Positions 49,426 through 59,695 of a DNA stretch of 64,000 bases are shown piece after piece. The notes under the pieces are model-generated. The model made no database searches. It was not told the origin of the DNA and was given only the letters and a program-made list of their open reading frames with translations. Every line of letters starts with the position of its first letter. The stretch's first letter is position 1. The stretch spans positions 4,381 through 68,380 of the forward strand of contig CAZPLR010000001.1 of assembly GCA_964587555.1 (NCBI GenBank). The letters run 5' to 3'. Origin of the DNA: an uncultured Oscillospiraceae bacterium (GTDB lineage: Bacteria; Bacillota; Clostridia; Oscillospirales; Ruminococcaceae). A program made the translations under genes and the position numbers.

Positions 49426-50589
49426 ATGGCGTTGAAGGAATATGTGATGCAGGACGGCAAAAGGCTGCGCTGCGGTTTTACGACCGGTTCTGCCGCTGCA
49501 ATGGCGGCAAAGGCGGCGTGCTATATGCTTTTTACCGGAAAAAAGCTCTCTTTTGTTTCCATTGTGACTCCTGCCGGCGTGACGGTTAGCGCGCCGGTTG
49601 AGGCAGCCTGTATCGGTAAGGGGTGTGTGTCCTGCGGAGTGAGAAAGGACGGAGGGGACGATGTCGACGCGACCGACGGCTTATTGATCTGTGCGAAGGT
49701 TTCCTATCGGCTGGAAAGCGGCATCCTTTTAACCGGTGGAAAAGGGGTCGGCATTGTGACAAAGCCGGGGCTTAACCAGCCGGTCGGTGCGTATGCAATC
49801 AACGAGGTGCCGCGCCGTATGATCCTTTTTGAGGTACAGTCTTGCTGCGAGGAATTTGAGATTGCACACGGGTTAACAGTGGAGATCAGTGTTCCGGACG
49901 GGGAGGAGGTTGCAAAAAAAACCTTTAATCCGCGCCTTGGAATCGAAGGAGGCATCTCGATCTTAGGCACCGATGGCATTGTCCGCCCAAAAAGCGTGCA
50001 GGCGCTGGTCGATACGATTAAGGTGGAGATTGCGCAGCGTGCGGCGCTTGGCGACCGGTATTTACTCACTGTTCCGGGCAGCTACGGCGCGGATTTTGCC
50101 GCTGGATCTGCCGGACTTGAAAGAATCGATCCGGTGCAGTGCTCCAATTATGTTGGGCAAACAATCGATATCGCGCGGGACGCCGGAATGAAAGGGCTTT
50201 TGCTTGTCTCCCATGCCGGAAAGCTTTGTAAGCTGGCAGGCGGCATCATGAACACCCATTCAAAGGAGGCAGACTGCCGCGCGGAACTGTTTGCCGCCTT
50301 TGCTGCGGCAGAGGGGGCGGATAAAGCGACGGTTTTGGCGCTGCTTGAGAGCGTTTCTGCCGATGCCTGCATCGCCATTTTAAACGAGAGAGGCTTGACA
50401 AAGGCAGTTTTGGCGCGGATGATGGCGCGGATCGATTATTACTTGACGCATCGTGCAGATGGGATGATGATCGGCGCGATCATGTTTTCGGCAAAATACG
50501 GATTTTTGGGGCAGACGCCGGGGGCTGCCCGGCTGATTGCAGCACTTCAGGAACAGCGAATGGCAAAGGATAGGGAGGAAAGATCATAG
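49426..50589 (+). CDS. cbiD: cobalt-precorrin-5B (C1)-methyltransferase
   Basis: CbiD N-terminal signature LRCGFTTGSAAAMAAKAA, 387 aa. Confidence 0.92.
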   Translation: MALKEYVMQDGKRLRCGFTTGSAAAMAAKAACYMLFTGKKLSFVSIVTPAGVTVSAPVEAACIGKGCVSCGVRKDGGDDVDATDGLLICAKVSYRLESGILLTGGKGVGIVTKPGLNQPVGAYAINEVPRRMILFEVQSCCEEFEIAHGLTVEISVPDGEEVAKKTFNPRLGIEGGISILGTDGIVRPKSVQALVDTIKVEIAQRAALGDRYLLTVPGSYGADFAAGSAGLERIDPVQCSNYVGQTIDIARDAGMKGLLLVSHAGKLCKLAGGIMNTHSKEADCRAELFAAFAAAEGADKATVLALLESVSADACIAILNERGLTKAVLARMMARIDYYLTHRADGMMIGAIMFSAKYGFLGQTPGAARLIAALQEQRMAKDREERS

Positions 50590-50591
50590 AA

Positions 50592-51278
50592 ATGAAAAAA
50601 GCGGTTTTTACCGGCGTCGGGTTGGGTCCCGGTGATCCAGAGCTAATCACGTTAAAGGCGTATCGAACGCTCAAGAACGCCGAGGCGATCGTTTTCCCGG
50701 ATTCCGGCGGGGGGATCAACCCTGCGGCGCGAATTATCTCTCAGCTTGACGGGCTGTGCCCGCAGGAAACGCTTTCGCTGAAATTACCGATGACCCGTGA
50801 TAAAGCAGAACTGAACAGGGCGCATCAGACGGCGGCAAAGCAGATTATCGATCTGCTTTCAGCGGGAAAAAGCGTTTGTATGCCGGTAATTGGCGATGTT
50901 TCGATCTATTCGACCTTTTCTTATCTTGCGCCGCTGGTGGCTGACGCGGGGTTTGCGGTTTCGATGATCCCCGGCGTACCGAGCTTCTGTGCGGCGGCGG
51001 CTAAGCTTGGGATCAGCTTGACTTCGATGGAAAGCGAGGTTCATATCCTGCCAAGAAGCGATGCGCTTTTCGAAAAGCTAAAGCTTCCGGGAACAAAGAT
51101 CATTATGAAGAGCGGAAGGACGCTTCCGGAGGTCAAAAAAGCGCTTTGCGATGCGGGGGTCTATGAAAAAACCGCGATGGTGGTAAATTGCGGGCTGCCG
51201 GGCGAGGAGGTATATCCGCAGCTTGACCAAGCGCCGGAGAAAACCGGGTATTTTACGCTATTGATCGTAAGGGATTAA
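50592..51278 (+). CDS. cbiL: cobalt-precorrin-2 C20-methyltransferase
   Basis: Tetrapyrrole methylase N-terminus GVGLGPGDPELITLKA, with CbiL/CobI size and position. Confidence 0.88.
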   Translation: MKKAVFTGVGLGPGDPELITLKAYRTLKNAEAIVFPDSGGGINPAARIISQLDGLCPQETLSLKLPMTRDKAELNRAHQTAAKQIIDLLSAGKSVCMPVIGDVSIYSTFSYLAPLVADAGFAVSMIPGVPSFCAAAAKLGISLTSMESEVHILPRSDALFEKLKLPGTKIIMKSGRTLPEVKKALCDAGVYEKTAMVVNCGLPGEEVYPQLDQAPEKTGYFTLLIVRD

Positions 51279-51290
51279 GGAGGGAAGCAG

Positions 51291-52049
51291 ATGATTACCT
51301 TTGTCGGAGCTGGTCCGGGGGCGCCGGATCTTATCACGCTGCGCGGTTTTCGCGCGATTGCCGAAGCGGACGTGATTATCTACGCTGGGAGTCTTGTGTC
51401 GGAGGAGCTGCTGCGTGACGTAAAAAAAGACTGTCTTATCTATAACAGCGCCGTCATGACCTTGGAGGAAGTGATCGCGGTGATGGAGCAGTACAAGGAG
51501 AAAAAGGTTGTGCGGCTGCACACCGGCGATCCGTCGATCTACGGCGCGATCCGCGAGCAGATGGATTTGCTTCGGGCGAAAAACATCCCGTTTTCGAGCG
51601 TGCCGGGCGTGTCAAGCTTTTGCGCTGCTGCCGCCGCGTTAGGCGCAGAATATACGCTTCCGGAGGTTTCGCAGACGCTCATTATCTCGCGTATGGCGGG
51701 CAGAACGCCGGTTCCAGAGCGCGAGCAGATTCGAGGGCTTGCAGCGCACGGCAGCAGTATGGTGCTGTTTTTAAGCGCCTCTCTTGCGCAGGAGCTGCAA
51801 AATGAGTTGCTTGCCGGCGCTTATAGTGAGAATACGCCGGCAGCGGTTGTTTACAAAGCGAGCTGGCCGGATGAGCAGGTCTTTCGTTGCACCGTCGGAA
51901 CGCTTGCAAAAACGGTGCGGGAAAACGGTATTTATAAGCATACGCTTCTTTTAATCGGCGACTTTTTAGGGCAAAATCCCGCACGCAGTAAGCTGTATGA
52001 TCCTAATTTTACCACCGAATACCGCGCTGCGACGCAGAAGGAATCGTAA
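51291..52049 (+). CDS. cbiF: cobalt-precorrin-4 C11-methyltransferase
   Basis: Tetrapyrrole methylase FVGAGPGAPDLITLRG...VVRLHTGDPSIYGA, typical of CbiF/CobM. Confidence 0.92.
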   Translation: MITFVGAGPGAPDLITLRGFRAIAEADVIIYAGSLVSEELLRDVKKDCLIYNSAVMTLEEVIAVMEQYKEKKVVRLHTGDPSIYGAIREQMDLLRAKNIPFSSVPGVSSFCAAAAALGAEYTLPEVSQTLIISRMAGRTPVPEREQIRGLAAHGSSMVLFLSASLAQELQNELLAGAYSENTPAAVVYKASWPDEQVFRCTVGTLAKTVRENGIYKHTLLLIGDFLGQNPARSKLYDPNFTTEYRAATQKES

Positions 52050-52139
52050 TAGGCTTGCGGCATATATGCCGATGTTGAAAAAAACGGTGTAACAGGTGTC
52101 TTTTCATCGTAAGAAACACAAAGAAGGGAAGGCGTCAGG

Positions 52140-53162
52140 ATGAAGAAAATTGCGGTCATTTCGTTTACCGAAGCCGGTCATGCGTTGGCGCTGCGGATTG
52201 CCAGCGCGCTTGACGATGCTCAGGTCAGCGTGACGCGCGGCTATCCGGTGCGGGAGTGGGCTGAACAGAATTTTTCTCGGCAGGATGCATTGATCTTTGT
52301 CGGCGCGCTCGGTATCGCGGTGCGGGCGATCGCGCCGCTGCTAAAGAGCAAAACGACCGATCCGGCTGTGATTGTGCTGGACGAAACAGGGAAATTTTGT
52401 ATCCCGGTGGTATCGGGGCACCTTGGCGGCGCAAACGCGCTTGCGGATGCGATCTCAAAAAAGCTTGGTTCGCTTCCGGTCATCACTACCGCGACCGACC
52501 GGCGCGGCGTTTTCGCGATTGATTGCTGGGCGAAGGACAAAGGGATAACAATTGAGAATCCCGCGCAAATCAAGTTGATTTCCAGTAAATTGCTTGCCGG
52601 GGAGGATGCGAAGTTTTACACGGATTTTCCGGTAAGCGCCCCGCCTCCGCATGGAATAAAGATTTCTGATGCGCTGCAAAATGCGGATATCACACTTTCT
52701 GTACGGCAGTTGGCGCAGACGTCGCCCGACGCTTTGCGGCTGATTCCACGCATTGTTTACCTTGGCATCGGCTGTAAAAAGGGAACCTGCGAAGCGCAGA
52801 TTGCGTTTGCAGTGGAGAAGGCGCTCTTGCAGATGGGAATTCATCCGCTTGCGGTTGGGGCAATCTGTACCATTGATCGTAAGGGGGAAGAGACGGGGCT
52901 TATCGCCTTCTGTAAGACGCGCAAGCTTCCGCTTAAAACTTTTACAACTGAGGAATTATCGGCTTGTACGGGCATTTTCAGTGCATCGGAGTTTGTCAAA
53001 GGAACCGTTGGTGTGGATAACGTCTGCGAGCGAGCTGCGGTTTGCGGAAGCGGGTCAGCCGATGTGTCGGGGTTGATCCTGCGCAAGACGATTTTTCCTT
53101 CGGTTACGGTTGCCGCAGCGCAGGCGGTTTATACAGTGGAATTTTCTGGATTTACAGAATAG
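52140..53162 (+). CDS. cbiG: cobalt-precorrin-5A hydrolase
   Basis: 340-aa CbiG-like N- and C-domains (IAVISFTEAGHALALRI...; LGIGCKKG...), between cbiF and cbiH. Confidence 0.87.
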   Translation: MKKIAVISFTEAGHALALRIASALDDAQVSVTRGYPVREWAEQNFSRQDALIFVGALGIAVRAIAPLLKSKTTDPAVIVLDETGKFCIPVVSGHLGGANALADAISKKLGSLPVITTATDRRGVFAIDCWAKDKGITIENPAQIKLISSKLLAGEDAKFYTDFPVSAPPPHGIKISDALQNADITLSVRQLAQTSPDALRLIPRIVYLGIGCKKGTCEAQIAFAVEKALLQMGIHPLAVGAICTIDRKGEETGLIAFCKTRKLPLKTFTTEELSACTGIFSASEFVKGTVGVDNVCERAAVCGSGSADVSGLILRKTIFPSVTVAAAQAVYTVEFSGFTE

Positions 53163-53175
53163 AAGGGGTTGTCGA

Positions 53176-53910
53176 ATGAAGCTGCTTTATGTTGTTGGGA
53201 TCGGTCCCGGATGTGAAGAATTTTTGACCGCGGAAGCGAAAGAAGCGCTGGAAAACAGCGAAGTGATCTGCGGATATACCGTTTATATTGAATTGATTAG
53301 GAATTTATGCGCGGGAAAAATGCTGCTTTCTACCCCGATGCGCAAGGAGATTGACCGTTGTCATTTAGCGCTGCAAAGTGCCGCGGCAGGGAGGACGACC
53401 GCGATGGTGTGCAGCGGGGACGCCGGGGTTTACGGCATGGCAGCGCCGATTTTACAGCTTTCAGTGAAATATCCGGAGGTGAAGATCCAAGTGATCTCCG
53501 GCGTAACAGCGGCGCTTTCGGGCGCGGCAGTCTTGGGGGCGCCGCTTTCGCACGATTTTGCAGTGATCTCGCTTTCCGACCTATTAACGCCATGGGAGCG
53601 GATCATAGCGCGGTTAAGGGCGGCTGCTAGCGCCGATTTTGCAATCGTTTTGTATAACCCTGCTAGCCGCAAGCGTGCGGATTATCTGCAAAAAGCGGTC
53701 GATTGCATGCTGGAATACAAAGAGCCGCAGACTGTCTGCGGCGTGGTGCGCAACATTGGCAGAGAAGGACAGTGCTTTGATATCATGACACTTGGCGCTC
53801 TGCGCGCGTATCCGGCAGATATGTTCACCACTGTATTCATTGGAAATCGAGAAACGTTTGCCGCAGACGGGCGGATGATCACCCCGCGCGGCTATGGGAT
53901 GGATGTATGA
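53176..53910 (+). CDS. cbiH: cobalt-precorrin-3B C17-methyltransferase
   Basis: Tetrapyrrole methylase VVGIGPGCEEFLT...VCSGDAGVYGMA. ATG 53176; the track ORF opens at 53110 inside cbiG. Confidence 0.92.
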   Translation: MKLLYVVGIGPGCEEFLTAEAKEALENSEVICGYTVYIELIRNLCAGKMLLSTPMRKEIDRCHLALQSAAAGRTTAMVCSGDAGVYGMAAPILQLSVKYPEVKIQVISGVTAALSGAAVLGAPLSHDFAVISLSDLLTPWERIIARLRAAASADFAIVLYNPASRKRADYLQKAVDCMLEYKEPQTVCGVVRNIGREGQCFDIMTLGALRAYPADMFTTVFIGNRETFAADGRMITPRGYGMDV

Positions 53911-54677
53911 GAGCGGCGTTGTTCGGCGGAACAGCCGATGGGCGCGCGCTGGCGCTGCGGCTGCGGGAGCTTGATATCCCGCTTGCAATCAGCGTGGCGA
54001 CCGATTATGGCAGGGAGCTGCTTTCCTCCTTTTGCAGTGAGGATGTTTTCAAGGGGCGGATGGATCAAGCGCAGATGATCGAGTTCTTCCGGTCGCAGCA
54101 GATCACCGCTGTGGTGGATGCGACCCACCCATACGCCGATTTGGTGACGGAAAACATCTCTGCCGCAGCAAGCGCGCTCCATTTGCCGTATTATCGCCTG
54201 ATGCGGGAAAAATCTGATCTTTCCGGATGCCTGAAGGTGAAGGATGCGGCGTCGGCGGCAAAGGCGGCGCAAAAGCTGCCCGGCAATATCCTGATTACGA
54301 CTGGAAGCAAGGAAATATTGGCATTTCAGAGCATTTTTGAAAGAGCGTATGCAAGAATCCTTCCGGGAGTCGAGCCGATCAAATGTTGTCTGGACGCAGG
54401 GCTTGCGGCTAAGCGGATTATCGCGATGCAGGGACCATTTTCGGCTGAATTAAACGCCGCGCTGATGCGCGCGCTTTCGATCCGTGTGATGATTACCAAG
54501 GACGGCGGCAAGACGGGAGGCTTTCCCGAAAAGCTCGCGGCTGCACGGGAGTGCAGTGTGACGCCAATTGTGATTGTTCGTCCAGTCGAACAGGGCGGGC
54601 TTACGGCAGAGGAGATTATAGAAGCGTTAAAATGGGAGAAAATGTCTGAAATAGCAGGAAAGGATAAGTCTTTATGA
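53907..54677 (+). CDS. cbiJ: cobalt-precorrin-6A reductase
   Basis: CbiJ/CobK-like (LFGGTADGRALA...VDATHPYA...ITKDGGKTGG). The start overlaps the cbiH stop. Confidence 0.88.
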   Translation: MRAALFGGTADGRALALRLRELDIPLAISVATDYGRELLSSFCSEDVFKGRMDQAQMIEFFRSQQITAVVDATHPYADLVTENISAAASALHLPYYRLMREKSDLSGCLKVKDAASAAKAAQKLPGNILITTGSKEILAFQSIFERAYARILPGVEPIKCCLDAGLAAKRIIAMQGPFSAELNAALMRALSIRVMITKDGGKTGGFPEKLAAARECSVTPIVIVRPVEQGGLTAEEIIEALKWEKMSEIAGKDKSL

Positions 54678-55882
54678 AGAGGGTTGCGCTTGTTGGCGTT
54701 GGTCCGGGGAACGAAAAACTTCTGACGATACAGGCGAAGGAAGCGATCGAAACCGCTTCGCTTGTGATTGGCGCGAAGCGGATGCTTGAAGTTTATACTG
54801 CCCCGGAGCAGGAAAAAATCGCCGAATATCGTCCGGAGCAGATCAAAGCGGCGCTTGTCGGGCGTGATTTTGAAGCGGCGGCGGTACTTTTTTCGGGCGA
54901 TCTGGGTTTTTATTCCGGTGCAAAGAAGCTCTTGCCGCTATTGGACGAATTCGATGTGCGCTTGCTTCCGGGAATTTCAAGCGTGCAGAGCTTTTCCGCA
55001 GCGCTTGGACAGCCGTGGGAGGATTGGTTTTTGACCTCGGTGCATGGCGTTTCATTGGATATTGCGAATATCGTGCGTACGCATCCTAAAACAATGCTTT
55101 TGACCGGAACTAACCCGGATATTTCAGACATTTGTGGGCAGCTATGCGAAGCGGGGCTGGGCGATGCGGCAGTTTCGGTCGGTGAGAATCTTTCGTACCC
55201 GCAGCAAAGGATTATTGTGACGGACGCATTTCATGGTGCGGAAATGCGCTTTGCACCGCTTGCGGTTTTGTTGATCGAAAATCCGTCGGCAGGACGGGCA
55301 TATACGTTTGGTATGGCGGACGACGCATTTATTCGTGGGAAGGTGCCGATGACCAAATCCGAGGTGCGTGCGGTTGCGCTGTCCAAGCTGCAGCTTTTCG
55401 ACGGCGCGGTGGTCTGGGATGTCGGTGCGGGAACAGGATCGGTTTCGGTTGAGGCTGCCGCTCTTGCGCCGCGCGCAAAGGTATTTGCGGTCGAATGCAA
55501 TTTGGAAGGCGTTTCGCTCATCGAGCAAAACCGTGATCGTTTTGGCTGTGAGAATCTAAATGTTGTCGCGGGGAAAGCGCCGGAGGCGCTGCTGCCGCTC
55601 CCTGCGCCGGACTGCGTTTTTATCGGCGGAAGCGGTGGGGAGCTGCCAGAGATTTTGACGCTTGTATTGCAAAAGAATCCGCATGCGCGGGTCGTTGTGA
55701 CCTGCGTGACCTTGGAAACGCTTGCCGCATTGCAGAATGTGGCGGCTATCCTGCCGATTACCGAGCCGGAGATGGTGCAGATTTCGGCTGCGCGAGTGCG
55801 TAAGCTTGGAAAGTACCATATGCCGCAGGCGGAGAATCCCGTTTTTATCGTTAGCTTTGACGGGAAGGAGAGAATGCCTTGA
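54674..55882 (+). CDS. cbiET: bifunctional cobalt-precorrin-7 (C5)-methyltransferase / cobalt-precorrin-6B (C15)-methyltransferase (decarboxylating)
   Basis: An N-terminal tetrapyrrole methylase (LVGVGPGNEKLLT) fused to a C-terminal SAM-MTase (VWDVGAGTGSVSVE). 402 aa. Confidence 0.9.
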   Translation: MKRVALVGVGPGNEKLLTIQAKEAIETASLVIGAKRMLEVYTAPEQEKIAEYRPEQIKAALVGRDFEAAAVLFSGDLGFYSGAKKLLPLLDEFDVRLLPGISSVQSFSAALGQPWEDWFLTSVHGVSLDIANIVRTHPKTMLLTGTNPDISDICGQLCEAGLGDAAVSVGENLSYPQQRIIVTDAFHGAEMRFAPLAVLLIENPSAGRAYTFGMADDAFIRGKVPMTKSEVRAVALSKLQLFDGAVVWDVGAGTGSVSVEAAALAPRAKVFAVECNLEGVSLIEQNRDRFGCENLNVVAGKAPEALLPLPAPDCVFIGGSGGELPEILTLVLQKNPHARVVVTCVTLETLAALQNVAAILPITEPEMVQISAARVRKLGKYHMPQAENPVFIVSFDGKERMP

Positions 55883-57273
55883 AATGTCTGAAATTACCGC
55901 GTTTTATGATTGCTGCTCCATCCTCTGGAAGCGGGAAAACTACTGTAACGCTAGCGGTGATTGCAGCGCTTTGCGCGCGTAAAAAGCGTATTGCTGCGTT
56001 TAAATGCGGTCCGGATTACATCGATCCGATGTTTTATGCGCAGGCAGTTGGGACAAGTGAGCCGGCATATAATCTCGACCAATTTTTTACAGATGCCGGC
56101 ACGATAAAGGCGATCTTTGCCTCTCATGCAGAAAGTGCTGAGCTTTCGGTGATTGAGGGGGTCATGGGATATTTCGACGGCGTGGGCGCTGTGACCGAAG
56201 AGGCGTCCAGCTATGCGCTGGCGGATACGCTTTCTTGTCCGGTTATCATGGTTTTGCGCGCGAAAGGGGCTTCGCTCACCCTTGCCGCATTGCTGCGCGG
56301 ACTCATGTCGTTTCGCACGCCGAACCGCATTGCGGGAGTCATTCTCAACGAGTGCAGCCCGATGCTGTACCGCACGCTGGCGCCAATGCTGCAAAAGGAA
56401 TGTGGGATTTCGGTTTGCGGCTTTCTGCCGCCGCTTGCTGACTGCGTGTTTCCGTCTAGGCATCTGGGGCTTCACACTGCGGGCGAGATCGCCGATCTGT
56501 CTGAAAAGGTGCGGATGCTTGCGGAAAACGCTGAAAAATATATTGCGCTTGACACGCTGCTGCAGCTCGCTGACGCAGCGGAGGATATCCGCTGCGAGCC
56601 ATTTTCTTTTGCGTCGGTCGGGCACCCGGTGATCGCGGTCGCCGCCGACGCTGCGTTTAATTTCACGTATGGAGATAATTTAGCGCTGCTGCAAGCCCTC
56701 GGCGCAAAGCTTGTCTTTTTCTCGCCGCTGCATGATGCGCGTTTGCCGGACTGCGATGGGCTGTATCTCTGTGGCGGTTATCCAGAGTTATATGCAAAGA
56801 CGCTTTCTGAAAATCATGAAATGCTAAAAGATGTCCGGGAATGCGTTGAAGGCGGGCTGCCAACGATTGCCGAATGCGGCGGCTTTTTGTATCTGCACCA
56901 GTTTCTTACGGCAGCGGATGGGCACAGTTATCCAATGGCTGGCGTGATTCCAGCTTCGGCGGAGGACAGCGGTAGGCTTGTGCGGTTTGGATATCAGACC
57001 TTGACCGCTAATCGGGATAATCTGCTTTGCAGAGCTGGGGAGCAGATTCGCGCGCATGAGTTCCATCATTGGGATTCTACTGCGTGCGGCGAAGGATTTC
57101 ATGTGCGAAAGCCGGTTTCCGGTAGGGAGTGGGAGAGCGTTTTTGTTTCCGATACGCTCTATGCGGGCTATCCGCATCTATATTTTTATGCGAATCCGCG
57201 CTTTGCGCAGGCGTTTGTATGCGCTTGCGAGCGCTATCGCAAGGGAAAAATCGAAAGGAATGGATGTTTATGA
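55879..57273 (+). CDS. cbiA: cobyrinate a,c-diamide synthase
   Basis: P-loop APSSGSGKTTV and a C-terminal GATase domain (IAECGGFLYL). The TTG start overlaps the cbiET stop (TTGA). Confidence 0.92.
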   Translation: MKCLKLPRFMIAAPSSGSGKTTVTLAVIAALCARKKRIAAFKCGPDYIDPMFYAQAVGTSEPAYNLDQFFTDAGTIKAIFASHAESAELSVIEGVMGYFDGVGAVTEEASSYALADTLSCPVIMVLRAKGASLTLAALLRGLMSFRTPNRIAGVILNECSPMLYRTLAPMLQKECGISVCGFLPPLADCVFPSRHLGLHTAGEIADLSEKVRMLAENAEKYIALDTLLQLADAAEDIRCEPFSFASVGHPVIAVAADAAFNFTYGDNLALLQALGAKLVFFSPLHDARLPDCDGLYLCGGYPELYAKTLSENHEMLKDVRECVEGGLPTIAECGGFLYLHQFLTAADGHSYPMAGVIPASAEDSGRLVRFGYQTLTANRDNLLCRAGEQIRAHEFHHWDSTACGEGFHVRKPVSGREWESVFVSDTLYAGYPHLYFYANPRFAQAFVCACERYRKGKIERNGCL

Positions 57274-58343
57274 TATTGCCGAAGAAACTGCGGGATACGC
57301 TTGCTTCGCTTCAAGCTTTTGCACCGGACGAGGCTGCGCGCACGTGCAGTCGACACCGCTGGGACGCGATGAGCAAGCCTCTTGGCAGCTTGGGCGTGTT
57401 TGAAGACATCGTCTGCAAGATCGCCGCGCTGACCGGCGATGCGCATGTCGATTTTAGAAAGCGTGCGGTGATCCTGTTTTGCGCGGATAACGGGGTGGTT
57501 GCGCAGGGGGTTACGCAATGCGGCAAAGAGGTGACAGCCGCTGTTGCCAAGAACTTTACGGAGCACTCTACCTGTGTCTGCCGGATGGCGGCGCTCACGC
57601 ACACCGATACGATTCCGGTGGATATCGGCATGGATGCGCCAAAGGTTGCGGGCGTTTGGGATTACCGGGCAGCAAACGGTACAAAGGATTTCACCATTGA
57701 GCCTGCCATGACCGCAAATGAGGCGCAAAATGCCATCTTTTCCGGCATGGAGATTGCGCTGCGCTGCAAAAATCTTGGCTACCGGCTGTTGATTACCGGG
57801 GAAATGGGGATCGGAAACACCACAACGACCGCAGCGCTTGCCTCAGTATTATGCGGACTTGCGCCGGAGAAAACGACGGGATGCGGCGCGGGGCTTTCAT
57901 CCGAGGGGCTTGCGCGCAAGGTCGCGGCGGTGAAAAAAGGAATTGCGCTGCACCGGCCGTCGGCGGACGAGCCGTTTGAACTGCTGTGCGCGCTCGGCGG
58001 ACTTGATATCGCTGGGATGGTGGGACTGATTTTCGGCGGGTTAAAATATCAAATTCCGATTCTGTTGGACGGGGTAATCTGCGCGGCTGCCGCGTTGATC
58101 GCGTATAAGCTCTGTCCGGCGTGCGCACACGCGCTGATTGCGACTCATGTTTCCGCTGAACCGGCGGGCAAGGCGTTGTTTGAACAGCTGCCGCTGGTCC
58201 CGTTCGTACAGGCGGGAATGCGGCTGGGAGAAGGGACAGGCGCTGTGATCTGTCTGCCGATGTTCGATATTGCCGCTGAGCTTTACCGGAATATGTACAC
58301 CTTTGAAGAAAATCATATCACGCCTTATGAGCATTTAGATTGA
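57270..58343 (+). CDS. cobT: nicotinate-nucleotide--dimethylbenzimidazole phosphoribosyltransferase
   Basis: CobT motifs GEMGIGNTT and MRLGEGTGA. ATG 57270 overlaps the cbiA stop (ATGA). Confidence 0.93.
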   Translation: MILPKKLRDTLASLQAFAPDEAARTCSRHRWDAMSKPLGSLGVFEDIVCKIAALTGDAHVDFRKRAVILFCADNGVVAQGVTQCGKEVTAAVAKNFTEHSTCVCRMAALTHTDTIPVDIGMDAPKVAGVWDYRAANGTKDFTIEPAMTANEAQNAIFSGMEIALRCKNLGYRLLITGEMGIGNTTTTAALASVLCGLAPEKTTGCGAGLSSEGLARKVAAVKKGIALHRPSADEPFELLCALGGLDIAGMVGLIFGGLKYQIPILLDGVICAAAALIAYKLCPACAHALIATHVSAEPAGKALFEQLPLVPFVQAGMRLGEGTGAVICLPMFDIAAELYRNMYTFEENHITPYEHLD

Positions 58344-58353
58344 GGGAGCGTTT

Positions 58354-58920
58354 ATGCTGCATCTTATCATTGGCGGCGCTGGCAGCGGAAAAAGCGCCTA
58401 TGCCGAAAAAATAATCGTTGAAAGCGGCGCTTATCCACACTATTATGTCGCGACAATGCAGCCGTTTGGGAAGGAAGCGCTTTCCCGGATCGAGCGGCAT
58501 CGAAAACTGCGAGCTGGAAAGGGCTTTGAAACGCTGGAACGCCAGATCTCGCTTTCAAAATTGGAATTACCGGAAGACGGCTGCGCCGTCTTGCTTGAGT
58601 GCGTTGGAAACCTGCTTGCAAACGAGATGTACGATCCTGCGGGAAGCAAGGAGGCTTGCATCGGCGAGATTGTTTTGGGGGTTAAACGGCTTGCGGAGCA
58701 GGCGAAATGCGTCGCAGTAGTGACAAACGACGTTTTTTCCGACGGGAATACTTATGATGCGGAAACCATGCGCTATATCGCGTACTTGGGAGAAGTCAAT
58801 CGGAGGCTTGCGGAGCTGGCAGACCGTGTGACCGAGGTGGTTTGCGGAATCCCGCTTGCAAGGAAAGGAAGTGGCTTTGATGCGGAGGATCAAGAGTATT
58901 TTAAAAACAATTTGGAATAA
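58354..58920 (+). CDS. cobU: bifunctional adenosylcobinamide kinase / adenosylcobinamide-phosphate guanylyltransferase
   Basis: P-loop GGAGSGKS, a His-containing segment YVATMQPFGKEALSRIERHRKLR, the LLECVGNLLANEMY motif, and a C-terminal VVTNDVFSDG...VVCGIPL. Confidence 0.88.
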   Translation: MLHLIIGGAGSGKSAYAEKIIVESGAYPHYYVATMQPFGKEALSRIERHRKLRAGKGFETLERQISLSKLELPEDGCAVLLECVGNLLANEMYDPAGSKEACIGEIVLGVKRLAEQAKCVAVVTNDVFSDGNTYDAETMRYIAYLGEVNRRLAELADRVTEVVCGIPLARKGSGFDAEDQEYFKNNLE

Positions 58921-59695
58921 TACCGCGATTGCGTTTTCCATGTTTTCGCGGATTCCAGTGCCGTATAAGCTGGTTGATTGGCGGCCGGAGAATATGCGCT
59001 ATATGATGTGCGCGTTTCCGCTTGTCGGGATTTTTGAGGCACTTTTGTGCTTTTTGATTTTGCTGTTCGGCAGATATTTTTCCTGTGATAGGTTTGTTTT
59101 GGCAGCCGCGCTGACCATTGCGCCGCTGATTGTTTCCGGCGGGGTGCATCTGGACGGCTACTGCGATACCGCCGACGCGCTTTCCTCTCAAGCGCCGCGC
59201 GAAAAGAAGCTAGAGATTTTAAAGGATCCGCATTGCGGTGCGTTTGCGGTTATCGCGGTGGTCTGCTACCTGCTTTTGTACTTCGCGATTAACACGGAGC
59301 TTGCGTTTACAAACGAGCAGATGATCTGCTATTTTTCCATGCCGGTATTCGCCCGCGCGCTTTCCGGTCTTGCAGTTGCGGTCTTTCCATGCGCGAAGGA
59401 AACGGGGCTTGCCAAGACCTTTTCCGACGCGGCGCAGAAGAAAAGGGTGCGCGGCTTTACCATCGGCTTGCTGATCCTGCTTACGGCGGAGATGACCGTT
59501 TTCGCATGGAAAGAGGGGCTTGTTTGCATTGGGATGGCGCTCCTTTGCTTTTGGAGGTACGGCGTGATGCAGAAAAAGCAGTTTGGCGGCATTACCGGCG
59601 ATCTGGCGGGATGGTTTGTGCAGAAAGCGATGCTGTATGCGATGGCAGGGCTGTATTTATTGCAGCTATTAGGAGGGAAATTTTCATGGTATTGA
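58880..59695 (+). CDS. cobS: adenosylcobinamide-GDP ribazoletransferase (cobalamin synthase)
   Basis: Polytopic membrane protein with the CobS N-terminal pattern AFSMFSRIPVP and the DGYCDTADAL motif. ATG 58880 follows AAGGAAAGGAAG and overlaps the cobU 3' end. Confidence 0.9.
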   Translation: MRRIKSILKTIWNNTAIAFSMFSRIPVPYKLVDWRPENMRYMMCAFPLVGIFEALLCFLILLFGRYFSCDRFVLAAALTIAPLIVSGGVHLDGYCDTADALSSQAPREKKLEILKDPHCGAFAVIAVVCYLLLYFAINTELAFTNEQMICYFSMPVFARALSGLAVAVFPCAKETGLAKTFSDAAQKKRVRGFTIGLLILLTAEMTVFAWKEGLVCIGMALLCFWRYGVMQKKQFGGITGDLAGWFVQKAMLYAMAGLYLLQLLGGKFSWY

